From assembly GCA_018660225.1 (NCBI GenBank), contig JABJKT010000055.1:641-64640 (forward strand): 64,000 nt of DNA, given 5' to 3'. The position numbers and the translations under genes were made by a program. The notes below the pieces were generated by a model, which was not told the DNA's origin, made no database searches, and saw nothing but the letters and a program-made list of their open reading frames with translations. Source of the stretch: Kordiimonadaceae bacterium. Its GTDB lineage: Bacteria; Pseudomonadota; Alphaproteobacteria; Sphingomonadales; Emcibacteraceae. This document shows positions 34,120 through 43,741 of this stretch, piece after piece (position 1 is the first letter of the stretch; the number at the start of each line of letters is the position of its first letter).

Positions 34120-35352
34120 TTAAGCGACTTTTTTATCTTCTGAATTTTCTGAGTTAATAATGAGATCAAGTGCAGAGTTTAAATCAGCCATAATATCATC
34201 CGGTGTTTCAAGGCCTATTGAAATACGCATCAGGCTGTCTGAAATATCATGCTCTGCGCGTTCTTCGGGAGTATAGGTCGAATGGGTCATGCTTGCTGGG
34301 TGCTGAATGAGCGTATCCACATCGCCAAGGCTAACAGCGCGTTTAATCAGCTTTAGTTCATTCATGAAACGCATGCCAACACTAATACCGCCAACAAGTT
34401 CAAAGGCGATCATGCCGCCGGGTTTGCTCATTTGTCTTTTGGCAAGGCCGTGTTGTTCAAAGCTTTCAAGTCCCGGATAGAATACTTTCTCCACGGCAGG
34501 GTGCTGTTCTAGTTGTTCGGCGATCATTTGTGCACTACTGCAATGTCTGTCCATACGGATTTCAAGTGTTTTAAGGCCGCGCATGATTTGAAAAGCGGTC
34601 AGCGGTGCCATAACGGCCCCGGTCATATCCTTTACACCTTCAAGGCGGATGCGAGTAATTATATCGGCGGAACCGGCGACGATGCCAGCAACCAGATCAC
34701 CATGACCGCCAAGATACTTCGTTGCCGAATGGACAACGATATCTGCACCCAGATCAATAGGGCGGGTCAGGTAAGGCGTAGCATAGGTGTTATCAACGAC
34801 GGTGATCAGGCCATTTTCTTTGGCAATTTGGGCGATGGCACCAATTTCAACAAGCCTCATGTTCGGGTTGGCCGGTGTTTCAAAATAAACCACTTTGGTT
34901 TTATCAGTAATGGCAGATCTTAAGTTTTCTGGATCGCGCATATCCACATGCTTGACGGTAACGCCAAATTTGGTCAGACCATGTTGGAAGAATGTAAATG
35001 TGCAGCCATAGAGCGTTTTATCAACAATGATCTCATCACCCTGTGCAAGAATTGTCCATAGGGTCGAGGTGATAGCACCCATTCCCGATGCGGTGGCCAT
35101 GGCCGCTTCGGCGCCTTCAAGGCTGGCCATGCGAAGCTCAAGCAGACTTAGTGTGGGGTTTGATATGCGGCTGTAAAAATGGCCGTCTTCTTCACCGGCA
35201 AAGAGCGCTGCCCCTTGTTCGGCATTTTCAAAAGTAAAGGTTGATGTCATGTAAACTGGCGGTACGAGGGCGCCCTGTTCAGTTGCTGGGTCATACCCAT
35301 CATGGATGGCGCGGGTAGCGAAGCCTAGCTCGTTTTTATCATTATTTTTCAT
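34120..35352 (-). CDS. methionine gamma-lyase-like PLP enzyme (Cys/Met metabolism family)
   Basis: ATRAIHDGYDP, YSRISNPT, VDNTYATPY, HSATKYLGGHGD (PLP lysine), HPASMTH. Exact reaction not assignable. Confidence 0.85.
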   Translation of the reverse strand: MKNNDKNELGFATRAIHDGYDPATEQGALVPPVYMTSTFTFENAEQGAALFAGEEDGHFYSRISNPTLSLLELRMASLEGAEAAMATASGMGAITSTLWTILAQGDEIIVDKTLYGCTFTFFQHGLTKFGVTVKHVDMRDPENLRSAITDKTKVVYFETPANPNMRLVEIGAIAQIAKENGLITVVDNTYATPYLTRPIDLGADIVVHSATKYLGGHGDLVAGIVAGSADIITRIRLEGVKDMTGAVMAPLTAFQIMRGLKTLEIRMDRHCSSAQMIAEQLEQHPAVEKVFYPGLESFEQHGLAKRQMSKPGGMIAFELVGGISVGMRFMNELKLIKRAVSLGDVDTLIQHPASMTHSTYTPEERAEHDISDSLMRISIGLETPDDIMADLNSALDLIINSENSEDKKVA

Positions 35353-35467
35353 GATCTTATTCCTAATGTTTAATATAAAGCCATTATAGCATTAAGTGAA
35401 CGCAATGTTCTTGCGTATTTATCTATAATATGGTTCTATATTGGCAGATTATGCTAAGGATTTATAA

Positions 35468-35923
35468 ATGGACGCAATTGATAGGAATATTATTAAAGTT
35501 TTGCAGCAGGATGGCAGGCTAAGCAATCAGGAGCTTTCTGATAAGGTTGGCCTTTCACCATCGCCCTGTTTGCGCCGGGTTCGTAAACTTGAACAGGACG
35601 GGGTAATAACAGGATATGCCGCCATTGTTGATCAGGATAATTACGGACTTCCTTTATCCGTCTTTATTAATATCCGCTTAGAGCGTCATTCAGACGAATG
35701 CATTAAATCATTTGAAAAAGGAATAGGCCAGATTGATGAAATAATGGAATGTTATCTGATGACTGGAAAGTCAGATTACCTGCTTCATGTGGTCAGTAAA
35801 GATCTTAAAAGTTATGAAATTTTTGTACGCGAAAAAATATCAACCATCCCCGGTATTGCGTCGATAGATTCGAGCTTTGTATTCGGACAGGTAAAGCGAA
35901 ATTCAGCATTTCCCACCCTATAA
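35468..35923 (+). CDS. Lrp/AsnC-family transcriptional regulator
   Basis: DAIDRNIIKVLQQDGRLSNQELSDKVGLSPSPCLRRVRKLEQDGVI HTH plus a RAM domain. Divergent from the lyase operon. Confidence 0.9.
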   Translation: MDAIDRNIIKVLQQDGRLSNQELSDKVGLSPSPCLRRVRKLEQDGVITGYAAIVDQDNYGLPLSVFINIRLERHSDECIKSFEKGIGQIDEIMECYLMTGKSDYLLHVVSKDLKSYEIFVREKISTIPGIASIDSSFVFGQVKRNSAFPTL

Positions 35924-35999
35924 TTCACATTATAATGGTATTTTAACCACTATATATATAGAATTGAATACATAGTACGACTTTGGAGGATTTTGGGTT

Positions 36000-37412
36000 A
36001 TGTCGGATGGGCAAAAAATAGTATTAATTGAGTTTAATGAGCTCTCCCCTACGCTATTGGATAAGTGGATGGGCGAGGGAAAGCTGCCAAATTTTAAAAA
36101 ACTGCATGACCGTTCCGTGGTCCATGTTTCCGCGCCAGATGTAGAGGAAAGCGAATTTCTTGAACCATGGATACAGTGGTATTCCATGCATGTGGGCCGT
36201 GGGTTTGAAGAACATAAAGTTTTTCATCTGACGGACGGTGCTAAGACGAACGATCTTGATATCTGGACCCATCTTAAAAATAAAGGTAAAAAAGTTGCCA
36301 GTTTTGCCAGTATGAATACCAAAGGATTTGACGGTGAGGGAAATTTGTTTCTGCCGGACCCGTGGTGTACTGAGGCAGAAGTGTTCCCTCGTGATCTGGA
36401 TATTTATCAACGCTTTATCACATCTTCAGTGCAGGAATATACCAATGAGAATAAAGGTTTTACAATTGGTGAATATGCCAAATTCCTGACCTTTATGCTT
36501 AAGAACGGCCTAAGCATTTCGACAATTTTTAAAATTATCAAACAGCTGGCAACCGAAAAACTAATTGATAAGAATGTTTATTGGAAAAGGGCTGCTTTGC
36601 TTGACCGTATTCAAATGGATCTTTTTAAAAATTATTATAAGAAAGGCGATTTTGATTTCACGACCTTCTTTGCAAACAGCACAGCCCATCTGCAACATGC
36701 TTATTGGCGCTTTATGGAGCCAGAAGCGTTTGAGATAGAAGCCTCTGCGAGCGATCTGGCAATCTATAAGGATGCGGTTTATTTTGGTTATAAAAGTCAG
36801 GATGCTTTGATCGGCGAGATGCTGGATATGGTTGATGACAATACTGTTTTGATATTGGCATCTGCCTTAAGTCAGCAACCGTTTATTAAGCGTGAAAAAA
36901 CCGGGGGTAGGCATTTCTACCGCCCGCATAATGTGGAGCAGATGCTCGCAGATATGGATATTAAGCCGCAGGATATTCAGCCAACCATGACCCACCAGTA
37001 TATGCTGCGCTTTAAAGATGATCTAGAGACCAACAAGGCAAAACAAAAATTACTGTCTTGGTCATATGATGATAATAAACCTGTGTTTGGCATTAATGTA
37101 CGCGGCACTGATAATAGTATTTATTTTGATAATAGCATCTCGGAACTCGTTGATGGTGATATGATTATCAACGATCATTATAATAATAAAAAAGTGAAAT
37201 ATTCGAAATATTTTTACCGTATTAATGAAACTAAAAGCGGCTGTCATCATCCGGACGGTGTTTTATGGTTCGGGACCGGAAATCACAAAATTATGACCGA
37301 AAAGGCATCGATATTAGATGTGTTTCCAACGGTCTCTGAATTGCTCGGCGTCGCTCCGCCGGATGATATTTCCGGCAGAGGACGAAGCCTTGCGCCTGAG
37401 TTGAGTTCTTAA
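36000..37412 (+). CDS. hypothetical protein, distant alkaline-phosphatase/phosphodiesterase-superfamily resemblance
   Basis: The N-terminus IVLIEFNELSPTLLDKWMGEGKLPNFKKL resembles the start of PF01663-type proteins, but without the usual D-G metal ligand. Low-confidence family call. Confidence 0.5.
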   Translation: MSDGQKIVLIEFNELSPTLLDKWMGEGKLPNFKKLHDRSVVHVSAPDVEESEFLEPWIQWYSMHVGRGFEEHKVFHLTDGAKTNDLDIWTHLKNKGKKVASFASMNTKGFDGEGNLFLPDPWCTEAEVFPRDLDIYQRFITSSVQEYTNENKGFTIGEYAKFLTFMLKNGLSISTIFKIIKQLATEKLIDKNVYWKRAALLDRIQMDLFKNYYKKGDFDFTTFFANSTAHLQHAYWRFMEPEAFEIEASASDLAIYKDAVYFGYKSQDALIGEMLDMVDDNTVLILASALSQQPFIKREKTGGRHFYRPHNVEQMLADMDIKPQDIQPTMTHQYMLRFKDDLETNKAKQKLLSWSYDDNKPVFGINVRGTDNSIYFDNSISELVDGDMIINDHYNNKKVKYSKYFYRINETKSGCHHPDGVLWFGTGNHKIMTEKASILDVFPTVSELLGVAPPDDISGRGRSLAPELSS

Positions 37413-37425
37413 GTGAGCTGAGTTC

Positions 37426-37824
37426 TTAAAGCATTCCCAGTAGATTAAGTGCTAGCACAGCTTGTGCGGCAAAGCCAACGGCAAAGGCCGGGGTTTTAAT
37501 AATCGGTATTCCTGCTGTATAAACCACAAAGTGGGTAAGACGAGCGACGAAATAGGCCATGCACATGGTTGCTGTCAGGGCACTTCCCGCGCCAAGAACG
37601 TGAGTGGCGATAGCCAGCGGTGCAAAAACCACCAGATTTTCCACGGCGTTACTGTGCGCGCGTATAGAGCGCTGGGCCCAGTCGGACTGTGGTTTGTCAG
37701 AAGCAGACGGATTAGCAAGCGCCCCCATAAGCCCGCGAACCATCATCCGGTCCAAAACATAAGGCAACCAGAATAAAGCCGTCATAAGTGATGTTAAAAT
37801 AAGCCAGTAAAGCTCAACAGTCAT
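37426..37824 (-). CDS. MAPEG-family membrane protein
   Basis: Four TM helices. LFWLPYVLDR...RAHSNAVENL pattern. Start at ATG 37824 preceded by an AGAGGGAGA SD. Confidence 0.7.
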   Translation of the reverse strand: MTVELYWLILTSLMTALFWLPYVLDRMMVRGLMGALANPSASDKPQSDWAQRSIRAHSNAVENLVVFAPLAIATHVLGAGSALTATMCMAYFVARLTHFVVYTAGIPIIKTPAFAVGFAAQAVLALNLLGML

Positions 37825-37956
37825 AATTTTTCTCCCTCTTTTTGTTTGTAGTGAGAAGACGTTATCACAAATTGGTCTGTTGAACAAATTTGACACTTTC
37901 CATTGAAATGAATAACCATATCACCATATGATTAATAGCAATCAAAGGAGCATTTA

Positions 37957-38334
37957 ATGCCTGACAATAAAATAAATAATGCGATTAATATAAAAGAAAA
38001 ATTTGAACTCTTCAAAGATCAGTGGACCCCAAAAGTCATTGCCATGCTCGATGATAATCATGTCTACCTGACCAAAATAGAAGGCGATTTCGTCTGGCAC
38101 AGCCACGAAGATCAGGATGAGCTTTTCATCGTAGTCGAGGGCCGATTCCGCATGGATTTCCGCGACCGTGAAGTATGGGTAGAAAAAGGCGAAATGCTCG
38201 TCGTCCCCAAAGGAGTTGAACACCGCCCCTGCGCCGAACAAGAATGCAAACTATTGGTAATAGAGAATGCAGGGACAGATCATACCGGCGGAGTAGAAGA
38301 TGAACGCAGGCAAGAGGGGCATGCGCAGATTTAG
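37957..38334 (+). CDS. cupin-domain protein
   Basis: HSHEDQDELFIVVEG...VVPKGVEHRP two-motif cupin signature. Confidence 0.7.
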   Translation: MPDNKINNAINIKEKFELFKDQWTPKVIAMLDDNHVYLTKIEGDFVWHSHEDQDELFIVVEGRFRMDFRDREVWVEKGEMLVVPKGVEHRPCAEQECKLLVIENAGTDHTGGVEDERRQEGHAQI

Positions 38335-39410
38335 GGGGCTAGCCCCTTAATAATCTTCCTCATCACAACTCCCGGCTTATCGGCCTTTATGCCGATCTCT
38401 CTGTAGTCATGGCCGTCTTTTTCGAACATGTTTTGCAGTAGGGCGATTGCTTCGCAGTCTTGGTCGAAACCGGATTGGACCATTTGTTTTTGGGCTTCGC
38501 TGTAGGTGGTGTCTTCTAGCTGGTAGTTTCTGGCGATGTACCAGAAATAATGGCAACTGCCCTGGGTTTCCGGTGTTAGGTAATGACTGATATAGTGGCC
38601 GACTTCGGCTTTCTCGTTTCCGTCGTCGTCCAGCGGAATGATCAGGCCGTAGCCTTTGTTGGTGGCGGGGGACATATATTCACCGCCGGATTTATAGATG
38701 ATATTCTGGCCAGTGAAATCGAGTTTCGGATGGAAAAAGGGTTTTAGCAAGGCCCAGTCTTTCATTTTTCTGTAAAATGTGACGCGGTTTCCGGTCTGCT
38801 CAACCTCTATCGGTGCGGCGGTATATTCTTTTGGCATATTGAACGTGTCAGCATGCAAAAACGGCAAATGGCTTAGATCGCATAGATTTTCGTGAAGCAG
38901 GATATAGCTTCCTGCCATATGGTTATATTTCCCAACCACATGGACCCATTTATCCATGTCATGAATGGGAAGCTCGGGGATGTCGGCTTCGTCGGCTTTT
39001 CCCTCTTCGCCCATCCAGACCCAGACACAGGGGCCTATCTCACAGGTAGGGTATTTTTTAATACCGCTTTTAGGACATTTGTCCTGACACGGCACATCGG
39101 TAATTTCACCGTCGTGGTTATATTTAATGCCGTGATATTTGCAGCGAATACCGCCTTGTTCAAGATTACTCGACGCAAGCGGGAAGGAGCGGTGGGCGCA
39201 GCGGTTTTGTAGTGCGATCGGGTTGCCCTCTTCATCGCGGTAGAGCACCAGCGAGCGGTTTAAAATAGTACGCTCGCGAAGTTCACGGGTAAATTCCGTA
39301 GCGAGGCCGGCCACATACCAATAATCATATAATAGAGGTGTGTTGATATCGGCGAGGTCATCATTGCAATAGGGTTTCATGGACGGCTCATTTTTTACTA
39401 TATTATTCAT
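38331..39410 (-). CDS. Rieske [2Fe-2S] aromatic-ring-hydroxylating oxygenase alpha subunit (VanA/CntA-like monooxygenase class)
   Basis: Rieske motif CAHRSFPL...CKYHG. Non-haem iron region NLCDLSHLPFLH. No reductase partner is adjacent. Confidence 0.85.
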   Translation of the reverse strand: MNNIVKNEPSMKPYCNDDLADINTPLLYDYWYVAGLATEFTRELRERTILNRSLVLYRDEEGNPIALQNRCAHRSFPLASSNLEQGGIRCKYHGIKYNHDGEITDVPCQDKCPKSGIKKYPTCEIGPCVWVWMGEEGKADEADIPELPIHDMDKWVHVVGKYNHMAGSYILLHENLCDLSHLPFLHADTFNMPKEYTAAPIEVEQTGNRVTFYRKMKDWALLKPFFHPKLDFTGQNIIYKSGGEYMSPATNKGYGLIIPLDDDGNEKAEVGHYISHYLTPETQGSCHYFWYIARNYQLEDTTYSEAQKQMVQSGFDQDCEAIALLQNMFEKDGHDYREIGIKADKPGVVMRKIIKGLAP

Positions 39411-39470
39411 TGAAAGTAGACTATCACAGGAATTTATAGCATCAATGAATTAAATCAAGAGCCTTGATGA

Positions 39471-40391
39471 ATGTCAGAGCAAGTGGAAAAAATATCGAGC
39501 GGTGAAGAAAGTCATATTAATATGACAGCCTTTATTATGCTGATCCTTGGGGGCGTTGCCATTGGCACAGCACCTATTTTTATGCGCTTTTCAGAAGTGA
39601 CGCCCACATCGGCGGCATTTTGGCGGTTGCTCTTAAGTTTGCCACTGCTTTTTATATGGCTGGCTATTGATTTAAAAAAGAATGGTGGTGCGGCGACACC
39701 AAAAATGAATTGGGTTGGAATAAAACCCTTCTTGCTTGTTGGGTTTTTCTTCGCGGTTGATCTTACCATGTGGCATTGGTCGGTTGAGCTGACGTCGGTT
39801 GCAAACTCAACATTGCTTGCTAATATGGCGGCGGTCTTTACGGCGCTGCTTGGTTTTCTATTTTTCGGCGAACGATTCAGCAAAACGTTTATTGCGGGTA
39901 TGATGCTCGCGCTTATGGGGGCCATGTCGCTTATGGGGCATAGTTTTGAACTGGCGCCAGAAAATTTATCTGGTGATGTGCTTGGTCTTTGTACCGCGGT
40001 GGCCTATGCGGGGTATATGATTTTTAGTGCTCGGGCGCGCAAGAAATATTCAACGGTTTCAATTGTGCTTGGCACAGCGTTGTTCGGCTGTATATTCCTG
40101 TTACCTATGGCTTTAAATGAAACAGGTAATTTTATGCCGCCCACTTTGATTGCATGGTGGCCGCTTCTTGCGCTCGCGTGGTTTACCCATGTTGTCGGGC
40201 AAAGCTTGATCATTTATTCGCTGGCGCACCTTCCTGCGGCATTTGGGTCGGTGACGTTACTGGTTCAGCCGGTTGTAGCAGCGGTGCTTGCGTGGATATT
40301 ATTTGGGGAATTTTTAAGCATCTATCACTTCGTTGGCGCAGGTTTAATCATCACAGGTATTCTGGTTTGTAAAAAAGGGGTGAGGAAATGA
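39471..40391 (+). CDS. DMT-family (EamA) transporter
   Basis: Ten TM helices in two EamA repeats. Confidence 0.8.
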   Translation: MSEQVEKISSGEESHINMTAFIMLILGGVAIGTAPIFMRFSEVTPTSAAFWRLLLSLPLLFIWLAIDLKKNGGAATPKMNWVGIKPFLLVGFFFAVDLTMWHWSVELTSVANSTLLANMAAVFTALLGFLFFGERFSKTFIAGMMLALMGAMSLMGHSFELAPENLSGDVLGLCTAVAYAGYMIFSARARKKYSTVSIVLGTALFGCIFLLPMALNETGNFMPPTLIAWWPLLALAWFTHVVGQSLIIYSLAHLPAAFGSVTLLVQPVVAAVLAWILFGEFLSIYHFVGAGLIITGILVCKKGVRK

Positions 40392-41533
40392 TTGAAAACA
40401 ATCATGAAATGCGTAAGTGGCGCCATGATATTCACCGTCACCCCGAGCTTGGTTTTGATGAAGGGCGCACGGCGGGAAAGATTGCGGAGCTGTTGAAGAG
40501 TTTCGGGCTTGAGGTGCATGAGAATATAGGCACTACCGGCGTGGTTGGTGTTTTGAAGCGGGGTACGTCTGAAAAGACTATCGGTTTACGCGCTGATATG
40601 GACGCCCTGCCAATACAGGAAATGGGTGAATGGGGCCATAAATCAGTTAACGAAGGCGTGTTTCATGGCTGTGGTCACGACGGGCATACGGCAATGCTGC
40701 TAGGTGCGGCAAAACATTTGGCTGAACGGGGTGAGTTTGACGGTACTGTTTATTTCATATTCCAGCCATCCGAAGAAAATGGTCTTGGTGCGTTGGCGAT
40801 GATGGATGACGGGCTGTTTGATCGCTTCAAAATGGATGCGATTTATGGCCTTCATAATATGCCAGGCATAGCCTTTGGTGAAATAGCCTTAAGACCCGGA
40901 CAAATGATGACGTCCGAGGATTGTTTCGTTATCGAAATAAAAGGTAAGGGCGGGCATGCCTCAATGCCCCATATGACCCTTGATCCGATGGTCGTGGGGG
41001 TAGAGGTTGTTACGGTACTGCAATCAATTATTTCACGTTCATTAGGCCCGGAAGAATGGGGAGTACTATCGGTTACAGAGTTTTTAACCGATGGAGCGCG
41101 CAACATAATTCCGTCTAATGTAACCATAAAAGGTGATGTCAGAACGCTTGATCCTGAGGTTCAGAAAAAGATTGAAAAACGCATGGGTGAAATTGTGCAT
41201 TCTTTGTGTGAAGCGCATGGAATAAAAGGATCATTACAGTATAGTTATGAATTTATTGCCCTGAAAAATTCTGATGATCAAGCGAAGTCAGCAGCGCAGG
41301 CGGCAATCGACACGGTCGGGGCTGATAAAGTTGATGATAGTTGTTCAATTTGCCCGTGCTCTGAAGATTTTGCACAGTTCTTAAACTATGTGCCGGGATG
41401 TTTTGTTTTGCTTGGGGCGGGCGATGGAGATGATCACCCGCCGCTTCATAATCCTTATTATGATTATGAAGATGAGCTGCTAACAATCGGCGCTAATTAC
41501 TGGGCAAATTTAGTGAGCCAGCAACTTGTGTGA
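40388..41533 (+). CDS. M20-family amidohydrolase (hippurate hydrolase / N-acyl-amino acid amidohydrolase-like)
   Basis: WRHDIHRHPELGFDE, LRADMDALP, HGCGHDGH, FQPSEE. ATGA overlap with the transporter gene. Confidence 0.85.
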   Translation: MIENNHEMRKWRHDIHRHPELGFDEGRTAGKIAELLKSFGLEVHENIGTTGVVGVLKRGTSEKTIGLRADMDALPIQEMGEWGHKSVNEGVFHGCGHDGHTAMLLGAAKHLAERGEFDGTVYFIFQPSEENGLGALAMMDDGLFDRFKMDAIYGLHNMPGIAFGEIALRPGQMMTSEDCFVIEIKGKGGHASMPHMTLDPMVVGVEVVTVLQSIISRSLGPEEWGVLSVTEFLTDGARNIIPSNVTIKGDVRTLDPEVQKKIEKRMGEIVHSLCEAHGIKGSLQYSYEFIALKNSDDQAKSAAQAAIDTVGADKVDDSCSICPCSEDFAQFLNYVPGCFVLLGAGDGDDHPPLHNPYYDYEDELLTIGANYWANLVSQQLV

Positions 41534-41534
41534 A

Positions 41535-42479
41535 TTACTCGCGTTCTTTAGTGACAAAAACTTGCCATGCTTTGGCAAATTTTTCTGAAACGAGCCATGA
41601 AGTTCCTTCTTTTAGCTCGCCTTCTTTAAGGGGGCCGAGTTCGTGGCTATACACATTACCTAGGCTACCCATATCTTCGCTTACTGGCTTTAACGCTTTA
41701 TAACCAATAGCATTATCAGACATACGCGCTTTCATCACCTCTTCATAATATGTGACGGCAAGGTCACGGCTGCCAACAACTTCGTGACCAACACCCTTTT
41801 CTTCGGCCAGCGTCCAGAGGGCACCGGCACGGCGGTTGGTAAGAAACATTCCTTTTATCATTGTGCTACGGGAAGGAAGGTCAGCAAGGCCAATAAAAAA
41901 CAGGCCCGGCGTTTGACGAGTGGCTTCCTGCGGCGCAGATGAATAGTAATATCCGCCCATATTGACCACATAGGCGATTATACGTTCGGGGATCCATGCG
42001 GCTAATTCGTAATTTATCTCACCGCCAGCTGACATTCCCCACAGTAAGAAAGGAGCGTAGGACAGTTCTTCATGGCCGCTTTCCTGCGCGAAATGATCAA
42101 TAGCGTCCAGAATGGCTTTGCCGCTTCCTTTGCCGACCTGAATATAATCTTCGATCATCATGTTCGGGTGCATGTGATCAGTGAGAAACGTTCCTAATAG
42201 TGCAAAATTGTGCTTAACGGCGAAATCCTGCCAGTATTTATCATCGACCTGACTCCGTCCATCGCCGTTTGAACCAGGATTTAGCATTAAAATGCCGCGA
42301 AAATTATCAACATTAGGGGGGGTCCACATTTTAAAGGCAGCCATATTATAAACGTTGCCCGGTTTCATAGTTACTTCATAAGTCGCCGCAAATGCTGGCG
42401 TTATAAAAAGTGTGCTTAATGCGATTATGATAATAAGTTTTAATCTATTCATTTTTCTGTCCCTATTTAATTTATTCAA
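41535..42479 (-). CDS. secreted alpha/beta hydrolase (esterase-like)
   Basis: Sec signal (LFITPAFAAT). Nucleophile elbow GMSAGG. Confidence 0.65.
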   Translation of the reverse strand: MNKLNRDRKMNRLKLIIIIALSTLFITPAFAATYEVTMKPGNVYNMAAFKMWTPPNVDNFRGILMLNPGSNGDGRSQVDDKYWQDFAVKHNFALLGTFLTDHMHPNMMIEDYIQVGKGSGKAILDAIDHFAQESGHEELSYAPFLLWGMSAGGEINYELAAWIPERIIAYVVNMGGYYYSSAPQEATRQTPGLFFIGLADLPSRSTMIKGMFLTNRRAGALWTLAEEKGVGHEVVGSRDLAVTYYEEVMKARMSDNAIGYKALKPVSEDMGSLGNVYSHELGPLKEGELKEGTSWLVSEKFAKAWQVFVTKERE

Positions 42480-42518
42480 TATAATAACCGCATAATTTTA
42501 AATTGCCAGTGAGTAGAT

Positions 42519-43019
42519 ATGAATATCAGATTTGAGGAGCAAAAAGACATAAACGCCGTTCGCGACGTCCATTTAGATGCCTTTGAAGGACCGGGTGAGG
42601 CTAAACTTGTCGATATGCTACGCGAAAAAGCATCGCCTATTGTGTCATTAGTGGCTAAAAATGAAGGTGAAGTTGTTGGTCATATTATGTTTTCTCCGGT
42701 GATGCTTGGGGATTATGATATTAAAATCATGGGGTTAGCGCCTGTCACGGTTTTAGAGAGTGAGCAAAATAAGGGCTACGGGGCGGCTCTTGTTAATGCT
42801 GGACTTGAAGAATGTAAGGCGCTTGGTTATCAGGGCGTGGTGCTGTTAGGCCATGCTGAGTATTATCCGCGCTTTGGATTTCGGACCTCAACCGAATATA
42901 GCATCACCTGTGAGTATGATGTGCCATCAGAATATTTTATGGCACTTGAGCTTGTTGAGGGGGCATTTGATGATGTTTCGGGAACAATTAAATATCATCC
43001 CGTGTTTGCTGAGCTTTAA
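42519..43019 (+). CDS. GNAT-family N-acetyltransferase (YhbS-like)
   Basis: QNKGYGAALVNAGL motif A. Typical 166-aa length. Confidence 0.8.
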   Translation: MNIRFEEQKDINAVRDVHLDAFEGPGEAKLVDMLREKASPIVSLVAKNEGEVVGHIMFSPVMLGDYDIKIMGLAPVTVLESEQNKGYGAALVNAGLEECKALGYQGVVLLGHAEYYPRFGFRTSTEYSITCEYDVPSEYFMALELVEGAFDDVSGTIKYHPVFAEL

Positions 43020-43690
43020 TGAGTAATAATATTATTCACTGGCAGGATGACGCAATACCGCGCTCTAGTCTATATGATGATATCTATTTTTCCACAGAAA
43101 ATGGCATAGAAGAAAGCAAAGCGGTCTTTCTTGACGGTATTGATGCGCCGGATGTCTGGCAGGGCTGTGATCAGTTCACTATTTGTGAGCTCGGCTTTGG
43201 CACAGGGCTTAATTTTCTAAATACAGTGAAGATGTGGATGGAAAACAGCACTATAAATCAACGCCTCATTTACTTTGCAACTGAACTTCATCCTCTCTCA
43301 AAGGTTGAAATTGATAGGGCGGTCCATTGGGACGAATTGGAGGGCCATAAAATTGATTTTTTAGAGCATTACCCGAAGCCTTCATTCACGTTATATGATG
43401 GTCGGGTATCATTTCAGTTGTTGTGTGGCGATTGCGCTGAAAGTTTGAAGGCTAGTAGTACAAAAATAGATGCCTGGTACATGGATGGCTTCGCACCAGC
43501 GAAAAATCCAGACATGTGGTCAGATGAAATTTTCACTCAGATGGCGCGGCTGTCAAATGAAGGGTCGAGGGTGGCGACTTTTACCTCGGCTGGATTCGTT
43601 AGGCGCGGATTATCGGCAGCAAATTTTCACATGACTAAAAGAAAAGGCTACTGTAAGAAGCGTGAAATGCTCAGTGGGGTGATAAGTTGA
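43019..43690 (+). CDS. mnmC: tRNA mnm5s2U34 methyltransferase domain only (MnmC N-terminal/MnmD-like, DUF752)
   Basis: ELGFGTGLNFL SAM motif, DAWYMDGFAPAKNPDMWS, and ending ...KKREMLSGV, as at the end of the methyltransferase domain of bifunctional MnmC. No FAD/DAO domain follows. Confidence 0.7.
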   Translation: MSNNIIHWQDDAIPRSSLYDDIYFSTENGIEESKAVFLDGIDAPDVWQGCDQFTICELGFGTGLNFLNTVKMWMENSTINQRLIYFATELHPLSKVEIDRAVHWDELEGHKIDFLEHYPKPSFTLYDGRVSFQLLCGDCAESLKASSTKIDAWYMDGFAPAKNPDMWSDEIFTQMARLSNEGSRVATFTSAGFVRRGLSAANFHMTKRKGYCKKREMLSGVIS

Positions 43691-43725
43691 GATTGATGTA
43701 TTGTTGCATAAATGTTACGGTTTAG

Positions 43726-43741
43726 TTAACGATATATTAAC
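43726..43741 (+). promoter_or_regulatory. perfect TTAA-N7-TTAAC (CtrA-box consensus), copy 1
   Basis: TTAAcgatataTTAAC read directly. Overlaps a TTAACA -35-like hexamer. Confidence 0.45.

Noticed and set aside
35400-35416. ACGCAA-N5-TTGCGT inverted repeat between the lyase operon and the Lrp gene.
   Set aside because: It is only 6 bp per arm. It is plausible as a regulator site but too short to distinguish from chance, and it does not match a defined Lrp consensus that I can verify.
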